From: Bacteroidota bacterium
Lineage (GTDB): Bacteria; Bacteroidota; Bacteroidia; UKL13-3
Assembly (NCBI GenBank): GCA_027491355.1
Contig: JAIXWI010000005.1
Location: 38,228-102,227, forward strand
Direction: 5' to 3'
DNA: 64,000 nucleotides
A program made the translations under genes and the position numbers. Positions 10,601 to 19,048 of the stretch are shown here, in pieces (the first letter of the stretch is position 1; every line of letters begins with the position of its first letter). The notes beneath the pieces were generated by a model. It saw only the letters and a list, made by a program, of their open reading frames with translations. It was not told the origin of the DNA and searched no databases.

Positions 10601-13600
10601 TTTCCTGGCACATAGTGAGTAACATTCACATTTCCATTAGGATTTTGCCATGCAGTCATAGGATTCCAGTTCGGACCATTAAAAAATCCTGGCATTCTGT
10701 ATCCACCTGGAGTTCTATTGGTTCCTGTCATAGGAGAATTACCGCTAAAGTCTACAAAGGCATCCAACATACAACGTGTATTTTGACCATTCCATGTAGG
10801 AACTGGATCATTTCTATCAGCAAATGAATCGTAGTTGATTAACAAGAAAGTTCTTCTTGCGCAAGTTGGTGAAAGACCAGGTGTTCCACCTCCATTGTCG
10901 AATACAAATGTTGGATCACCCCCTCCGTCTGCTTTAAGACCAGGACATTCTAATCCTTTTTTACCTAGGCCAAGAGCATCTGGTTTCATGAGTGGTAATT
11001 GTTGGGTAGCTCTACCTGAACAATCCCAATCATCCACATATTGATAGTCTTCAGGAACCATTACATAAGAACCAGTAGCATCTGTTTGAACAATCAAAGA
11101 ATCTGGTCCTCTGTAAAAGAACTTGTTGTTGAATAAATTTACACCTTTTTTATAAACCAAAGTTTGCATAAGAATGCCCTTGTGGTATTCAGGTATAGTG
11201 ATGGAGTCTCCTATTAAGTTGTATCGAACTAAATTTTTGACAGGGTCAGTAGATTGGTTGTTGACAGAGTCATGCATTGAAAGCACTACTGTGTAACATT
11301 TTGAAACAGCCCTTCTAAAGAAATAATCGTAAAGCGTTAAAGGAGGATTGGTGCCAGGTATGACATCTGTTCCTCTGTACCTTCTAGTTGTTCCATCAGG
11401 TAGTTTATCAGCTGGAATTGGGTTAATAATAGTTGTTGGTCTTAACTTGGTTCCTGCAGGAATGGTGTATTGCCAATAGCCTTTTAAATTAGCAAACGGG
11501 TCAGGGATTGGTGCATTCAGCGTTATTTCCCTGTCTGGATTGATGTCTGCGGGATACATATTGGCCATGGTATCCGTTCTGGTAGAATAGGCCCCTGAAG
11601 AAAATACTTTTTTATTCCACAAAAATGTATCTCTTGGATGAACCAATTTTACTCCATTTACGTTGCCAGGGAAGGAATAGGTAACTTTTGATGGATCTGT
11701 TGTCCAATTGATTGTATCGTATGGAGGGAAATCACGACCATTTTTATACCACCTCAATACATTGTCCCAATTTTCATAACCATGAATTGGTAGTGAATCA
11801 AATGAATATTTACAGTTTAAACCGCCAGCATAAACATTGCCATTTGCCCAGAATCTTGGTTCTGTTCTGTTTCTGAGGTCTTGTGCTGAAGTATATGGAG
11901 GGCCAAATGGAGTTGCTGTCTGACTTGGAACAGAGAATGAAGTACAAGCTGGAGCAAAATCATCCCCAAAATCCCATTTCATATACAAATCATTTGATTG
12001 GTAAACAGTTGATGCGTTAGGGAATTCTACAGGAAAATCTGGTCCACATTGGTTAGCCAAGTATTTTGGAATAACAGCAGGTGGAGGACCCTGAATTGCA
12101 ACATTTGGGCCTAGTATGTTTACACCATAACCATATAACTCAGATCGGAAATAAAATGAATCTCGTTTTGTGATGTCATCATTGAAGAATTTCCAATAAC
12201 TCACAATACTATCTACATAATTGTTTCCGCCTACTTCACTTGGTATTTTACGGAACGCTGATATAGAATCTGGTTGTGTCCTACCTGGAAATGGCGCAAA
12301 AATGTATCCATTAATGGTATTCAATCTAGGATTGTTTCTTGGCGCACCTGGAGGATTGTTAGCATCTGTATAATTTTTAACATCATTGATGGTATCAATT
12401 CTAGACCAAAAATTCAAAACTTTAGCTGGTTTACCAGGGCATGCAACAGATAACTGAGGGAAGTAATGACCAATTCTTTGGTATTTGTAACAAGGTGTAA
12501 CATCATCTTCAATGATATCCGAACCTGGAGGATTTGCATTGGGATCATTAAAAAACCAAATAATTTTATTTGAAGAAGAGAACACACCCTGCAAAGGATA
12601 CATGTTGTACAAGCATACACTTGCATTGTTTCGGTTCATGAAACACACAGAGTCTGCCAATGAATCATTTTGGTTGGTTCTTCTACTTCTGATATCAAAT
12701 TGCAATAAAATATTCTCTGGAAGCTGGTCACCACTGAGGTTAAAATCGTAAACATCATCACAATTGAAAAACTTATGTTTAACGTATAACTTAGGTGCAA
12801 AAACACCCCCTTTGATGTATTTATGGGTGAATGAACCCCAATATCTTTGGAAATCTGATGGTGTTGGTGGTTTTGATGATTCAAATGTATTACCATCACC
12901 AAAATCCCATTTAAACCATCCTACGCTTCCTCTTAACAATTGGGTCTGGTTGGTAAAAATATAATCTGAAGTATCGCATTTTGGTACTCCAGACAACACA
13001 AATTTAGGGTTGATATTGGGCGCCACAAATATATCTTTTGTAAATGTATTGGAACATCCCAATGAGTCAGTAACTCTCAAAGTAACGGTATTCAACCTTC
13101 CACCTATTGGATAACTGTGTGCAATTTCATCTAAGCCAGGTGTTGGCATGTTTGTTTCAGTACCATCTCCCCATACCCAGTACCTTTTCTGAATAGATGT
13201 AGAAGGTGCAGCACCTTGCAAAGATTTGTCTTTAAAAACATATGAATTGTTTTTGAAACATTGTGAATCTACGCTAGACAAAGACCAATTTGCAGTAGGT
13301 CTGGAGTAAACAGTTTGATTGAAACTCGTGTTCAAATTGGTACCATTGTTCATCTTGGCAGTTACTTGAACCAAGTAATTACCTGGTACATTGTAATTGT
13401 GGATGTAATAGTTGGATACAGGACTTCCAGTATTCAATGAAATTTTGGTTCCATCACCCATGTCAATTTCATAACTGAGCACATCTGCTGGATTTGCCCC
13501 TGTTAAAATAACAGTAAGTTCTAAGGTTCCTTTAACACCATTGTGACAGACAACCTTTGGCAAGGCATTGACCGAAACACTTTGTGCGTTAGAAACAAAT

Positions 13601-13656
13601 GACAAAAGCGAAAACAATAGAAAAATTGTAAGGTGCTTGAGTAATTTCTGTATCAT
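7678..13656 (-). CDS. Large multi-PKD/Ig-domain surface protein with a T9SS type-B (gliding-motility-associated, CHU_C) C-terminal domain
   Basis: Signal peptide ...VSNA|Q from the ATG at 13656; about 8 W(D)FGDG-type PKD motifs; CTD 'IPNVFTPNGDDKND...IYNRWG...WNG...GTYFY...GSVSLMR'. Confidence 0.9.
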   Translation of the reverse strand: MIQKLLKHLTIFLLFSLLSFVSNAQSVSVNALPKVVCHNGVKGTLELTVILTGANPADVLSYEIDMGDGTKISLNTGSPVSNYYIHNYNVPGNYLVQVTAKMNNGTNLNTSFNQTVYSRPTANWSLSSVDSQCFKNNSYVFKDKSLQGAAPSTSIQKRYWVWGDGTETNMPTPGLDEIAHSYPIGGRLNTVTLRVTDSLGCSNTFTKDIFVAPNINPKFVLSGVPKCDTSDYIFTNQTQLLRGSVGWFKWDFGDGNTFESSKPPTPSDFQRYWGSFTHKYIKGGVFAPKLYVKHKFFNCDDVYDFNLSGDQLPENILLQFDIRSRRTNQNDSLADSVCFMNRNNASVCLYNMYPLQGVFSSSNKIIWFFNDPNANPPGSDIIEDDVTPCYKYQRIGHYFPQLSVACPGKPAKVLNFWSRIDTINDVKNYTDANNPPGAPRNNPRLNTINGYIFAPFPGRTQPDSISAFRKIPSEVGGNNYVDSIVSYWKFFNDDITKRDSFYFRSELYGYGVNILGPNVAIQGPPPAVIPKYLANQCGPDFPVEFPNASTVYQSNDLYMKWDFGDDFAPACTSFSVPSQTATPFGPPYTSAQDLRNRTEPRFWANGNVYAGGLNCKYSFDSLPIHGYENWDNVLRWYKNGRDFPPYDTINWTTDPSKVTYSFPGNVNGVKLVHPRDTFLWNKKVFSSGAYSTRTDTMANMYPADINPDREITLNAPIPDPFANLKGYWQYTIPAGTKLRPTTIINPIPADKLPDGTTRRYRGTDVIPGTNPPLTLYDYFFRRAVSKCYTVVLSMHDSVNNQSTDPVKNLVRYNLIGDSITIPEYHKGILMQTLVYKKGVNLFNNKFFYRGPDSLIVQTDATGSYVMVPEDYQYVDDWDCSGRATQQLPLMKPDALGLGKKGLECPGLKADGGGDPTFVFDNGGGTPGLSPTCARRTFLLINYDSFADRNDPVPTWNGQNTRCMLDAFVDFSGNSPMTGTNRTPGGYRMPGFFNGPNWNPMTAWQNPNGNVNVTHYVPGNTPVTYSNLPRDPRGFVTVGIITGNGYDNPSATATNPGCVSDTVWYHNFFHFITLDAYFTYERFDTSRFYPYTDPASGDVKYVANPRYREPFSYLHGKNFYPSYPSKTNKIFANANTLRQDFVQADIWNWGDGTTTVDSFYTNLVDTVIYKERKNQPGVYDTLFYEANTYPLGRVRFEFNSQRIPWTVMSTMTIPVGVRVLDSTRYDSIWRCDDLERRLAPQKINRVNIRIDSAFLIEPVPHTYTKSSWEMKIDAGGGDLVRTNTITRIDHVMRTITGCENIASRQIVIGVIDTFMITDVTGKYDTTFCIGERINFTDSLRYWRPFPANAASVNPPTPPFTTTPLPAYNPFRPLPPGLTEYVNVDFHGFAMRGYPNDSIKMFADLTNYFVLPGDQDCPIDWIKTPVRIPPTSPTASATHCTKMETYYYERIYWDFESDGVVDKHGKNPFWIYKSPGRYKISMISRDSLGYWDTCSQFVTIVKPNAKFSSKGLFLCSDTVKFKDESYVDDWCYQTNGSSCDNIVQRRWWFGDFGYGKDAFRSIEVNPVYNYRKNGWYAVQQVIETEQGCQDTFVQKIYIAGPRPRIKLLNDTLGCVPFTLKILSYPNDSGSYSVTKSTLLNSGIPLMPPILSLSNPDTISFVYTKEGEYYVTAIGYDNTSPASSTCPSIVLPDTVGGAEKPIRIFVKNPYKVRAYTPDTAICVGQSFVVSNRSDLDTITKFRVYNYNADYSSIYDTLFKTNIVKDTTFSYFLNEKGVHHIVLHSTRFVTGVPNCDNKDTITVRALLSKAALRADTIDLPKYYISNLSDTTEADRYYWKVTRDKDGSVLKEEEVNGDNAPNFNLGELNLGNDTGSFTVCVWAFTPEPDACVDSACVKIFNAFVIDFKIPNVFTPNGDDKNDNFVVEIKGQEVFDLKIYNRWGELVFETTDPNNTWNGKVNNSGAECPDGTYFYTLKYKLRTQDEKTLRGSVSLMRQ

Positions 13657-13725
13657 ATTTGAGTTACTTATTTTGTTTAAATTCAATTTTGCTAACATAC
13701 GGCTATTCTGTTTATTTTTCAAGTT

Positions 13726-14580
13726 TTAACGATTCAAGTATATGTAACCAGCTGCCATACTTGGCCTAGCCTGTTCTTTGAGCTGGTATTCAAGCACATA
13801 CCTGTAAGAACCTATGTCTACAGGAATACCTGATTCCTGTTGTGTTCCTTTCCAATGGTTGTTTGGTTTGTCTGTTTCAAATATTAAAGTTCCATTTAAG
13901 TGAAAAATACGCAACCTGTAAAATTGTGTATGCCCTAAAATGATTTCAAATTCATCATTGATACCATCTGAATTAGGAGAAAAAGCATTTGGAATAACCA
14001 ATGGTTCTGGAATGTTATTTTCTGTGGTATGTTCATTTCCGGTTGGATAGCTTTTAGCATCAAGGGGCTCAGCCAAAACAGCTTCTTTTTCAAGCTCTTG
14101 ATGGTTAACATGTGTAGGAGAAAAAATTTGTTCAGCAGGAGATTCAATTTTATTGAATGGTTCTTCGTGCAACAATGTACTTTTTTCAGGTTCCTCAATG
14201 TATTGTAGCTTACTGTCAGTTGGCTGCTGTAACTGAAGCTTTGGAATAGGTTTAGATAAAATGGGCTCTGATGCAGGAATTGTTGCTGTTCCAACTTTAT
14301 TTGATGCGGGAATTGAAACCGCTTTTGGTGGCTCAGTTTTCTGTTGATTGTTGGTTACAATAACTATGGCTGCAGGTATGATTAAAACTGTTAAAATGAC
14401 CGATTTTAATAGTATGCTGGCTTGTTTGAAAGTTGTAATTGTTTTTGAAATAATCCCATTTGCTTGTTGAGCCGACACTTTTGTCTTCAAGCTTGAAAAT
14501 AGGTTTGCAGGCACTTCGGGGCTGAAGTGCTCAAGTTGCTGTTTTAGCAAATTGTCTAATGGATGTTTAGTTTTTTCCAT
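13726..14580 (-). CDS. Putative membrane-anchored anti-sigma factor carrying a T9SS type-B CTD
   Basis: ATG at 14580 overlaps the sigma gene end by 14 nt. N-terminal 'LDNLLKQQLEHFSPEVPANLFSSL', a TM segment at about aa 56-75, a P/E/S/T/K-rich linker and the CTD 'IPNAFSPNSDGINDEF...GSYRY...GYIYLNR'. Anti-sigma role inferred from position and architecture. Confidence 0.7.
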   Translation of the reverse strand: MEKTKHPLDNLLKQQLEHFSPEVPANLFSSLKTKVSAQQANGIISKTITTFKQASILLKSVILTVLIIPAAIVIVTNNQQKTEPPKAVSIPASNKVGTATIPASEPILSKPIPKLQLQQPTDSKLQYIEEPEKSTLLHEEPFNKIESPAEQIFSPTHVNHQELEKEAVLAEPLDAKSYPTGNEHTTENNIPEPLVIPNAFSPNSDGINDEFEIILGHTQFYRLRIFHLNGTLIFETDKPNNHWKGTQQESGIPVDIGSYRYVLEYQLKEQARPSMAAGYIYLNR

Positions 14581-15121
14581 TTTTGTAACCCTGTTTAGCA
14601 AACCAAATATTTTTAAATTGATGCCTTGCCCTTGCCAATTGAGATTTGGATGTACCTTCATTGATGCCCAATAATTCTGCAATTTCTGCATGTGAGTAAC
14701 CCTCAACTGCGTATAAATTCAAAATTGTTTTGTATCCAAATGCCATTTCATTCATAATTTGAAGTATTTCTTGTTGACCTAGTTTAATCATAGCCCAATT
14801 TTCATCCTCAACTTCAGCAATTTCTTCAATTCCGGTTAAATTCAAGTGTTGTTTGTTAGACCTGTAATGTTCTAATGCAGTTCTTACAAAAACTTGTCTT
14901 AACCAGCCTTCTAATTTGCCTTTTCCTTCAAATTGTCCAATTTTATCAAACACCTTTAAAAATCCTTCTTGTAATACGTCTTTCGCATCTTCAATTTGAG
15001 AACAATACCTCACACAAACCCCATACATGGCGCTCGCAAAAAAATGATAAAAAGCTTCTTGTGCTTTTGGATCTTTGTTGATACAGCCCCTCAGAATTTT
15101 TTCATCTAATTGTTTGCTCAC
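14567..15121 (-). CDS. ECF-family RNA polymerase sigma factor
   Basis: Region 2 'DAKDVLQEGFLKVF...EGWLRQVFVRTAL' and region 4 'EGYSHAEIAELLGINEGTSKSQLARAR'. GTG start. Confidence 0.95.
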   Translation of the reverse strand: MSKQLDEKILRGCINKDPKAQEAFYHFFASAMYGVCVRYCSQIEDAKDVLQEGFLKVFDKIGQFEGKGKLEGWLRQVFVRTALEHYRSNKQHLNLTGIEEIAEVEDENWAMIKLGQQEILQIMNEMAFGYKTILNLYAVEGYSHAEIAELLGINEGTSKSQLARARHQFKNIWFAKQGYKNGKN

Positions 15122-15141
15122 TTTGAATTGCTTATACTAAT

Positions 15142-15168
15142 GATGCAAAGAAATACATAAAGGTTGCA
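15142..15168 (-). promoter_or_regulatory. Probable ECF-type autoregulatory promoter TGCAACC-N15-GCATC
   Basis: Minus strand reads cgTGCAACCtttatgtatttctttGCATCattag, 20 nt before the sigma start. Matches the AAC-containing -35 and (C/G)(G/A)TC-like -10 pattern of ECF promoters. Confidence 0.6.
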
Positions 15169-15248
15169 CGGCATGATTATTTTTTTTAAAAAAGAATTAA
15201 AACACGCTTTAACTTTAAATTGTATGCTATAATTTGTACATTGGTTCA

Positions 15249-18050
15249 ATGTATTTAAGAATTTTAAGTCTGCTTTTGATGTTTGTTTTTACTAATTCAA
15301 TAGCAACTACAAATCAAATAAATAATGCCACAGGCAAATTGGAACTTCTTGAAAACAAAGGCCAATGGGACCAATCTATTCTATACAGAGCTAGAAATGC
15401 TGCAACAGATGTACATGTTGGATCAAACTTTATACAATACTATTTTTTTGATAAACAATTAGGGTTTACTGGTAACCACGCCAAAAAACACACCAATACA
15501 AGCGCTCAAAAAAACATTCAAATCCATGGAATTCGCATGAAGTTAAATGGAGCTAACACTAATTGTAAATCAAGTCATTTAGCACTGCCACATTATTATA
15601 ATTTTTTCAAAGGTGCCGATCCACTCAAATGGGCAAAAGGAGTAGAAGCAACTCACGAAATTCAGCTTCACGAAATCTATCCTAAAATTGATTTACAAAT
15701 ACAAAGCAACAACAATGGCCTAAAGTATACTTTTGTTTGTTCGCCTCATGCAAATATTTCCAATATTTTGCTTGAAATAGAAGGTGCAAACAGCTTGAAA
15801 CTTGAGTATGGAGAACTTCGTTTAAAACATTCTCTGGGAGAAATGATAGAAAAGAAGCCATATGCTTACCAAATTATAGAAAAAAAAGAAGTGAGGGTTC
15901 CCATTGAATTCGAACTAAAAAACAACAACCTAACTTATAAACTAAAAGGTAAATATGACCCTGCTTATACTTTGTTTATAGACCCTGAGCTGGTCTTTTT
16001 AACCTATTCGGGTTCAACTGTAGACAACTTTGGATGCACCGCAACTCCTGGAGAAAATGGAACCATGTATACGGGTGGATTGGCATCCAACCCTGATGAA
16101 GTGCTTCTGCCAAATGGTAAATACCCAGTTACAGCCGGTGCTTTTCAGTTAACTTATGCTGGTGGTGGCACTTCTGAAGGGGAAGATTTAAAAGATTTTC
16201 CATGTGATATTGTAATCAGTAAATATTCAGCTGATGGAACTAAACTTTTATGGGCTACCTATTTGGGCGGTGACAACAATGAAGTGCCACATAGTTTGGT
16301 TGTAGACAAATTTGACAATTTGCTCGTATTTGGGAGTTCCTACTCCTCAAACTATCCAACAAAAACTGGCTGTTACCAAACCAATCGTTCAGGAAGAACA
16401 GACATTGTCATCACTAAATTTTCAGCTGACGGTAAAAATTTAATTGGTTCAACTTATGTAGGAGGTTCAAACAATGACGGCATCAATTATAACAACATCA
16501 CGAACTATTTTTTTGCAGACAGTTATAGGGGCGATATTCTAACTGATGAAAATGGTAAAGTAATCGTTGCAAGTGTTACCCAATCAGCCGACTTCCCTGT
16601 TACTTTTGGAAGCTACCAAAATGTGTTGAAAGGATTTCAAGATGGTGTAGTATTTCAATTAGATAGTACCCTTAAAAACATCGAGTGGTCTACTTTTATT
16701 GGAGGAACAAACATTGATGCATTGTACAGCATAGACCTTACTAAACAGAACGAGTTATTTGTTTCAGGTGGAACCAATAGTGAAGATTTAGCGGCAATCA
16801 GCTCTAATTCATACCAAACCAACAACAAAGGTAATGTAGATGGATTCATTGCAAAGCTAAACCGCAATGGTACAAACTTAATTGCTGCAACTTATTGGGG
16901 AACCAACCAATACGACCAAATATATTCTTTAGACATTGATCCCAATAACCAAGTGATAGTTGTTGGCCATAGTGAGGGAGATATGCCTGTTTTAGGCAAT
17001 GTATATAAAAACAATGGCAGTCACCAATTCATTGGTTCATTTACTAATGATTTAAAAACATTGAATTGGTCTACTGTTTTTGGATCAGGTAGACCAAACA
17101 TTGATGTTACCATTAATGCATTTATGGTAGATGATTGCGGTAGAATTTATGTGAGTTCTTGGGGTGGAAGCACCAGCGGAAAAAATACTTCTAAAACCGA
17201 GGGAATGCAGGTTAGCTCAAATGCATTCCAAACACAAACAGATGGTTCAGACTTTTACTTGATGTGTTTGGAGAAAAATGCAGCTGCATTGTTGTATGCA
17301 ACGTTTTTGGGTGGTGCTGATCCAAATGCTTCAGGAGACCATGTAGACGGTGGAACTAGTAGGTTCGATAAACAAGGAATTGTATACCAAAGCATGTGTG
17401 CCAGTTGTCCAAGTGTTGGTGGGGTTCATTTTATATCCGACTTAAAAACCTCAACGAACGCATTCAGTGAAAAAAACCCAAGTCCACGTTGCAGCAACGC
17501 TGCCCTAAAATTCGACTTTCAAATAAAAAGTGCGCAATTTGAATTTAACATTGACACCTGTAGCGGGGTTTTTTCATTTAATAAAGACCCTAAAATAACA
17601 GACCCTATCAGTTGGGTATTGCCCGACGGGAAAATGATTGCTGACGATTTTTTCTCTGTAAAAATTGAAGAGCAATATTATGGAGATACTGTTTTAATGA
17701 TAGTGATGCCCGGAACTACATGTGCAGATACCGCATTTGCAGTTGTAAACCTACCAGATTCAGCAGCTGATTTAAAAATACCTAATGTGTTTTCACCCAA
17801 TGGAGACAAGCTCAATGATGTATTTGAGACTGCTGGCTTGATTAACCAATGTGAAGAGGTGAAAATTGCAATTTACAACAGGTGGGGACAATTGATGTAT
17901 GAGTCTTCACAAGCTAATTTTGCATGGAACGGTAAAGACCAATCAGGAGCCGATGCCAGTGAGGGTATTTATTTTGTATTACTCGATGTAAAAAGAAAAA
18001 GTGGAGCAGATACGCGATCTTTTCACTCCACTTTAACCTTACTTAGGTAA
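15249..18050 (+). CDS. SBBP/beta-propeller-repeat protein with a T9SS type-B CTD
   Basis: Signal peptide; N-terminal 'ENKGQW...IYPKID...IDPELVFLTYSGS' domain; repeated '(W/S)xT(Y/F)xGG' blades; CTD 'IPNVFSPNGDKLND...IYNRWG...WNG...TLTLLR'. Confidence 0.9.
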   Translation: MYLRILSLLLMFVFTNSIATTNQINNATGKLELLENKGQWDQSILYRARNAATDVHVGSNFIQYYFFDKQLGFTGNHAKKHTNTSAQKNIQIHGIRMKLNGANTNCKSSHLALPHYYNFFKGADPLKWAKGVEATHEIQLHEIYPKIDLQIQSNNNGLKYTFVCSPHANISNILLEIEGANSLKLEYGELRLKHSLGEMIEKKPYAYQIIEKKEVRVPIEFELKNNNLTYKLKGKYDPAYTLFIDPELVFLTYSGSTVDNFGCTATPGENGTMYTGGLASNPDEVLLPNGKYPVTAGAFQLTYAGGGTSEGEDLKDFPCDIVISKYSADGTKLLWATYLGGDNNEVPHSLVVDKFDNLLVFGSSYSSNYPTKTGCYQTNRSGRTDIVITKFSADGKNLIGSTYVGGSNNDGINYNNITNYFFADSYRGDILTDENGKVIVASVTQSADFPVTFGSYQNVLKGFQDGVVFQLDSTLKNIEWSTFIGGTNIDALYSIDLTKQNELFVSGGTNSEDLAAISSNSYQTNNKGNVDGFIAKLNRNGTNLIAATYWGTNQYDQIYSLDIDPNNQVIVVGHSEGDMPVLGNVYKNNGSHQFIGSFTNDLKTLNWSTVFGSGRPNIDVTINAFMVDDCGRIYVSSWGGSTSGKNTSKTEGMQVSSNAFQTQTDGSDFYLMCLEKNAAALLYATFLGGADPNASGDHVDGGTSRFDKQGIVYQSMCASCPSVGGVHFISDLKTSTNAFSEKNPSPRCSNAALKFDFQIKSAQFEFNIDTCSGVFSFNKDPKITDPISWVLPDGKMIADDFFSVKIEEQYYGDTVLMIVMPGTTCADTAFAVVNLPDSAADLKIPNVFSPNGDKLNDVFETAGLINQCEEVKIAIYNRWGQLMYESSQANFAWNGKDQSGADASEGIYFVLLDVKRKSGADTRSFHSTLTLLR

Positions 18051-18061
18051 AACCCTAAAAA

Positions 18062-18937
18062 TTACATTTTCAAAGCATTCAGCATGGCAGCACCAATTTC
18101 AGCAGGTGATTCTACCACGTGTAAACCACACTCGCGCATGATTGCCATTTTTGCTTCAGCTGTATCTTCTTTTCCTCCAATAATAGCACCAGCATGACCC
18201 ATTCTTCTACCTGGAGGAGCTGTTTGACCTGCAATGAAACCCACAACTGGCTTTTTATTGCCATTGGCTTTGATCCAACGGGCTGCATCTGCTTCATAGC
18301 TTCCACCAATTTCTCCTATCATAATGATGGCATCCGTTTCAGGATCATTCATCAATAATTCTACTGCATCTTTTGTAGGAGTACCAATGATTGGATCTCC
18401 ACCAATACCAATAGCAGTGGAAACGCCTAAACCAACTTTAACAACTTGGTCAGCCGCTTCATATGTCAAAGTACCAGACTTTGAAACAATACCAATTCTA
18501 CCTTTTTTGAATACAAAACCTGGCATGATACCCACTTTTGCTTCCTCAGGTGTAATCACTCCAGGACAATTTGGGCCAATCAAGGTGCAGTTTCTGGTTT
18601 TAATGTATTCCTTTACAGGAATCATATCTTTTACAGGAATGCCTTCAGTGATGCAAACAATGACTTTGATTCCAGCATCTGCAGCTTCCATAATAGCATC
18701 TGCAGCAAATGCAGGTGGAACAAAAATAATAGAAACATTTGCACCAGTACCATCTACGGCATCTTTGACCGTATTAAAAACAGGTCTTTCCAAATGGGTT
18801 TGACCACCTTTTCCCGGGGTTACACCACCTACTAGGTTTGTTCCATACTCAATCATTTGTTGTGCATGGAAACTTCCTTCACTTCCTGTGAAACCCTGAA
18901 CAATAACTTTAGAATCTTTGTTAACTAATACAGCCAT
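18062..18937 (-). CDS. sucD: Succinyl-CoA synthetase alpha subunit
   Basis: 'VQGFTG', 'GPNCPG', '[10 protein letters not shown]', 'RRMGHAGA'. Confidence 0.98.
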   Translation of the reverse strand: MAVLVNKDSKVIVQGFTGSEGSFHAQQMIEYGTNLVGGVTPGKGGQTHLERPVFNTVKDAVDGTGANVSIIFVPPAFAADAIMEAADAGIKVIVCITEGIPVKDMIPVKEYIKTRNCTLIGPNCPGVITPEEAKVGIMPGFVFKKGRIGIVSKSGTLTYEAADQVVKVGLGVSTAIGIGGDPIIGTPTKDAVELLMNDPETDAIIMIGEIGGSYEADAARWIKANGNKKPVVGFIAGQTAPPGRRMGHAGAIIGGKEDTAEAKMAIMRECGLHVVESPAEIGAAMLNALKM

Positions 18938-19048
18938 TTTTAAAAAATTAAGCGTGGCAAATATGGGTATTTTTTTTTTTACTTGGACGTTAATCTTAAA
19001 AAATGCCCATTTTTAAACAAAATATATGCTTAAAAAAGGTTTGCTTTT

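Noticed and set aside
14581-14706. 42-aa N-terminal extension of the anti-sigma-like ORF
   Set aside because: It lies inside the sigma gene in another frame; the ATG at 14580, coupled to the sigma stop, is more plausible.
18324-18803. 159-aa antisense ORF in sucD and the many similar short antisense or off-frame ORFs
   Set aside because: They are shadows of conserved genes with no motifs of their own.
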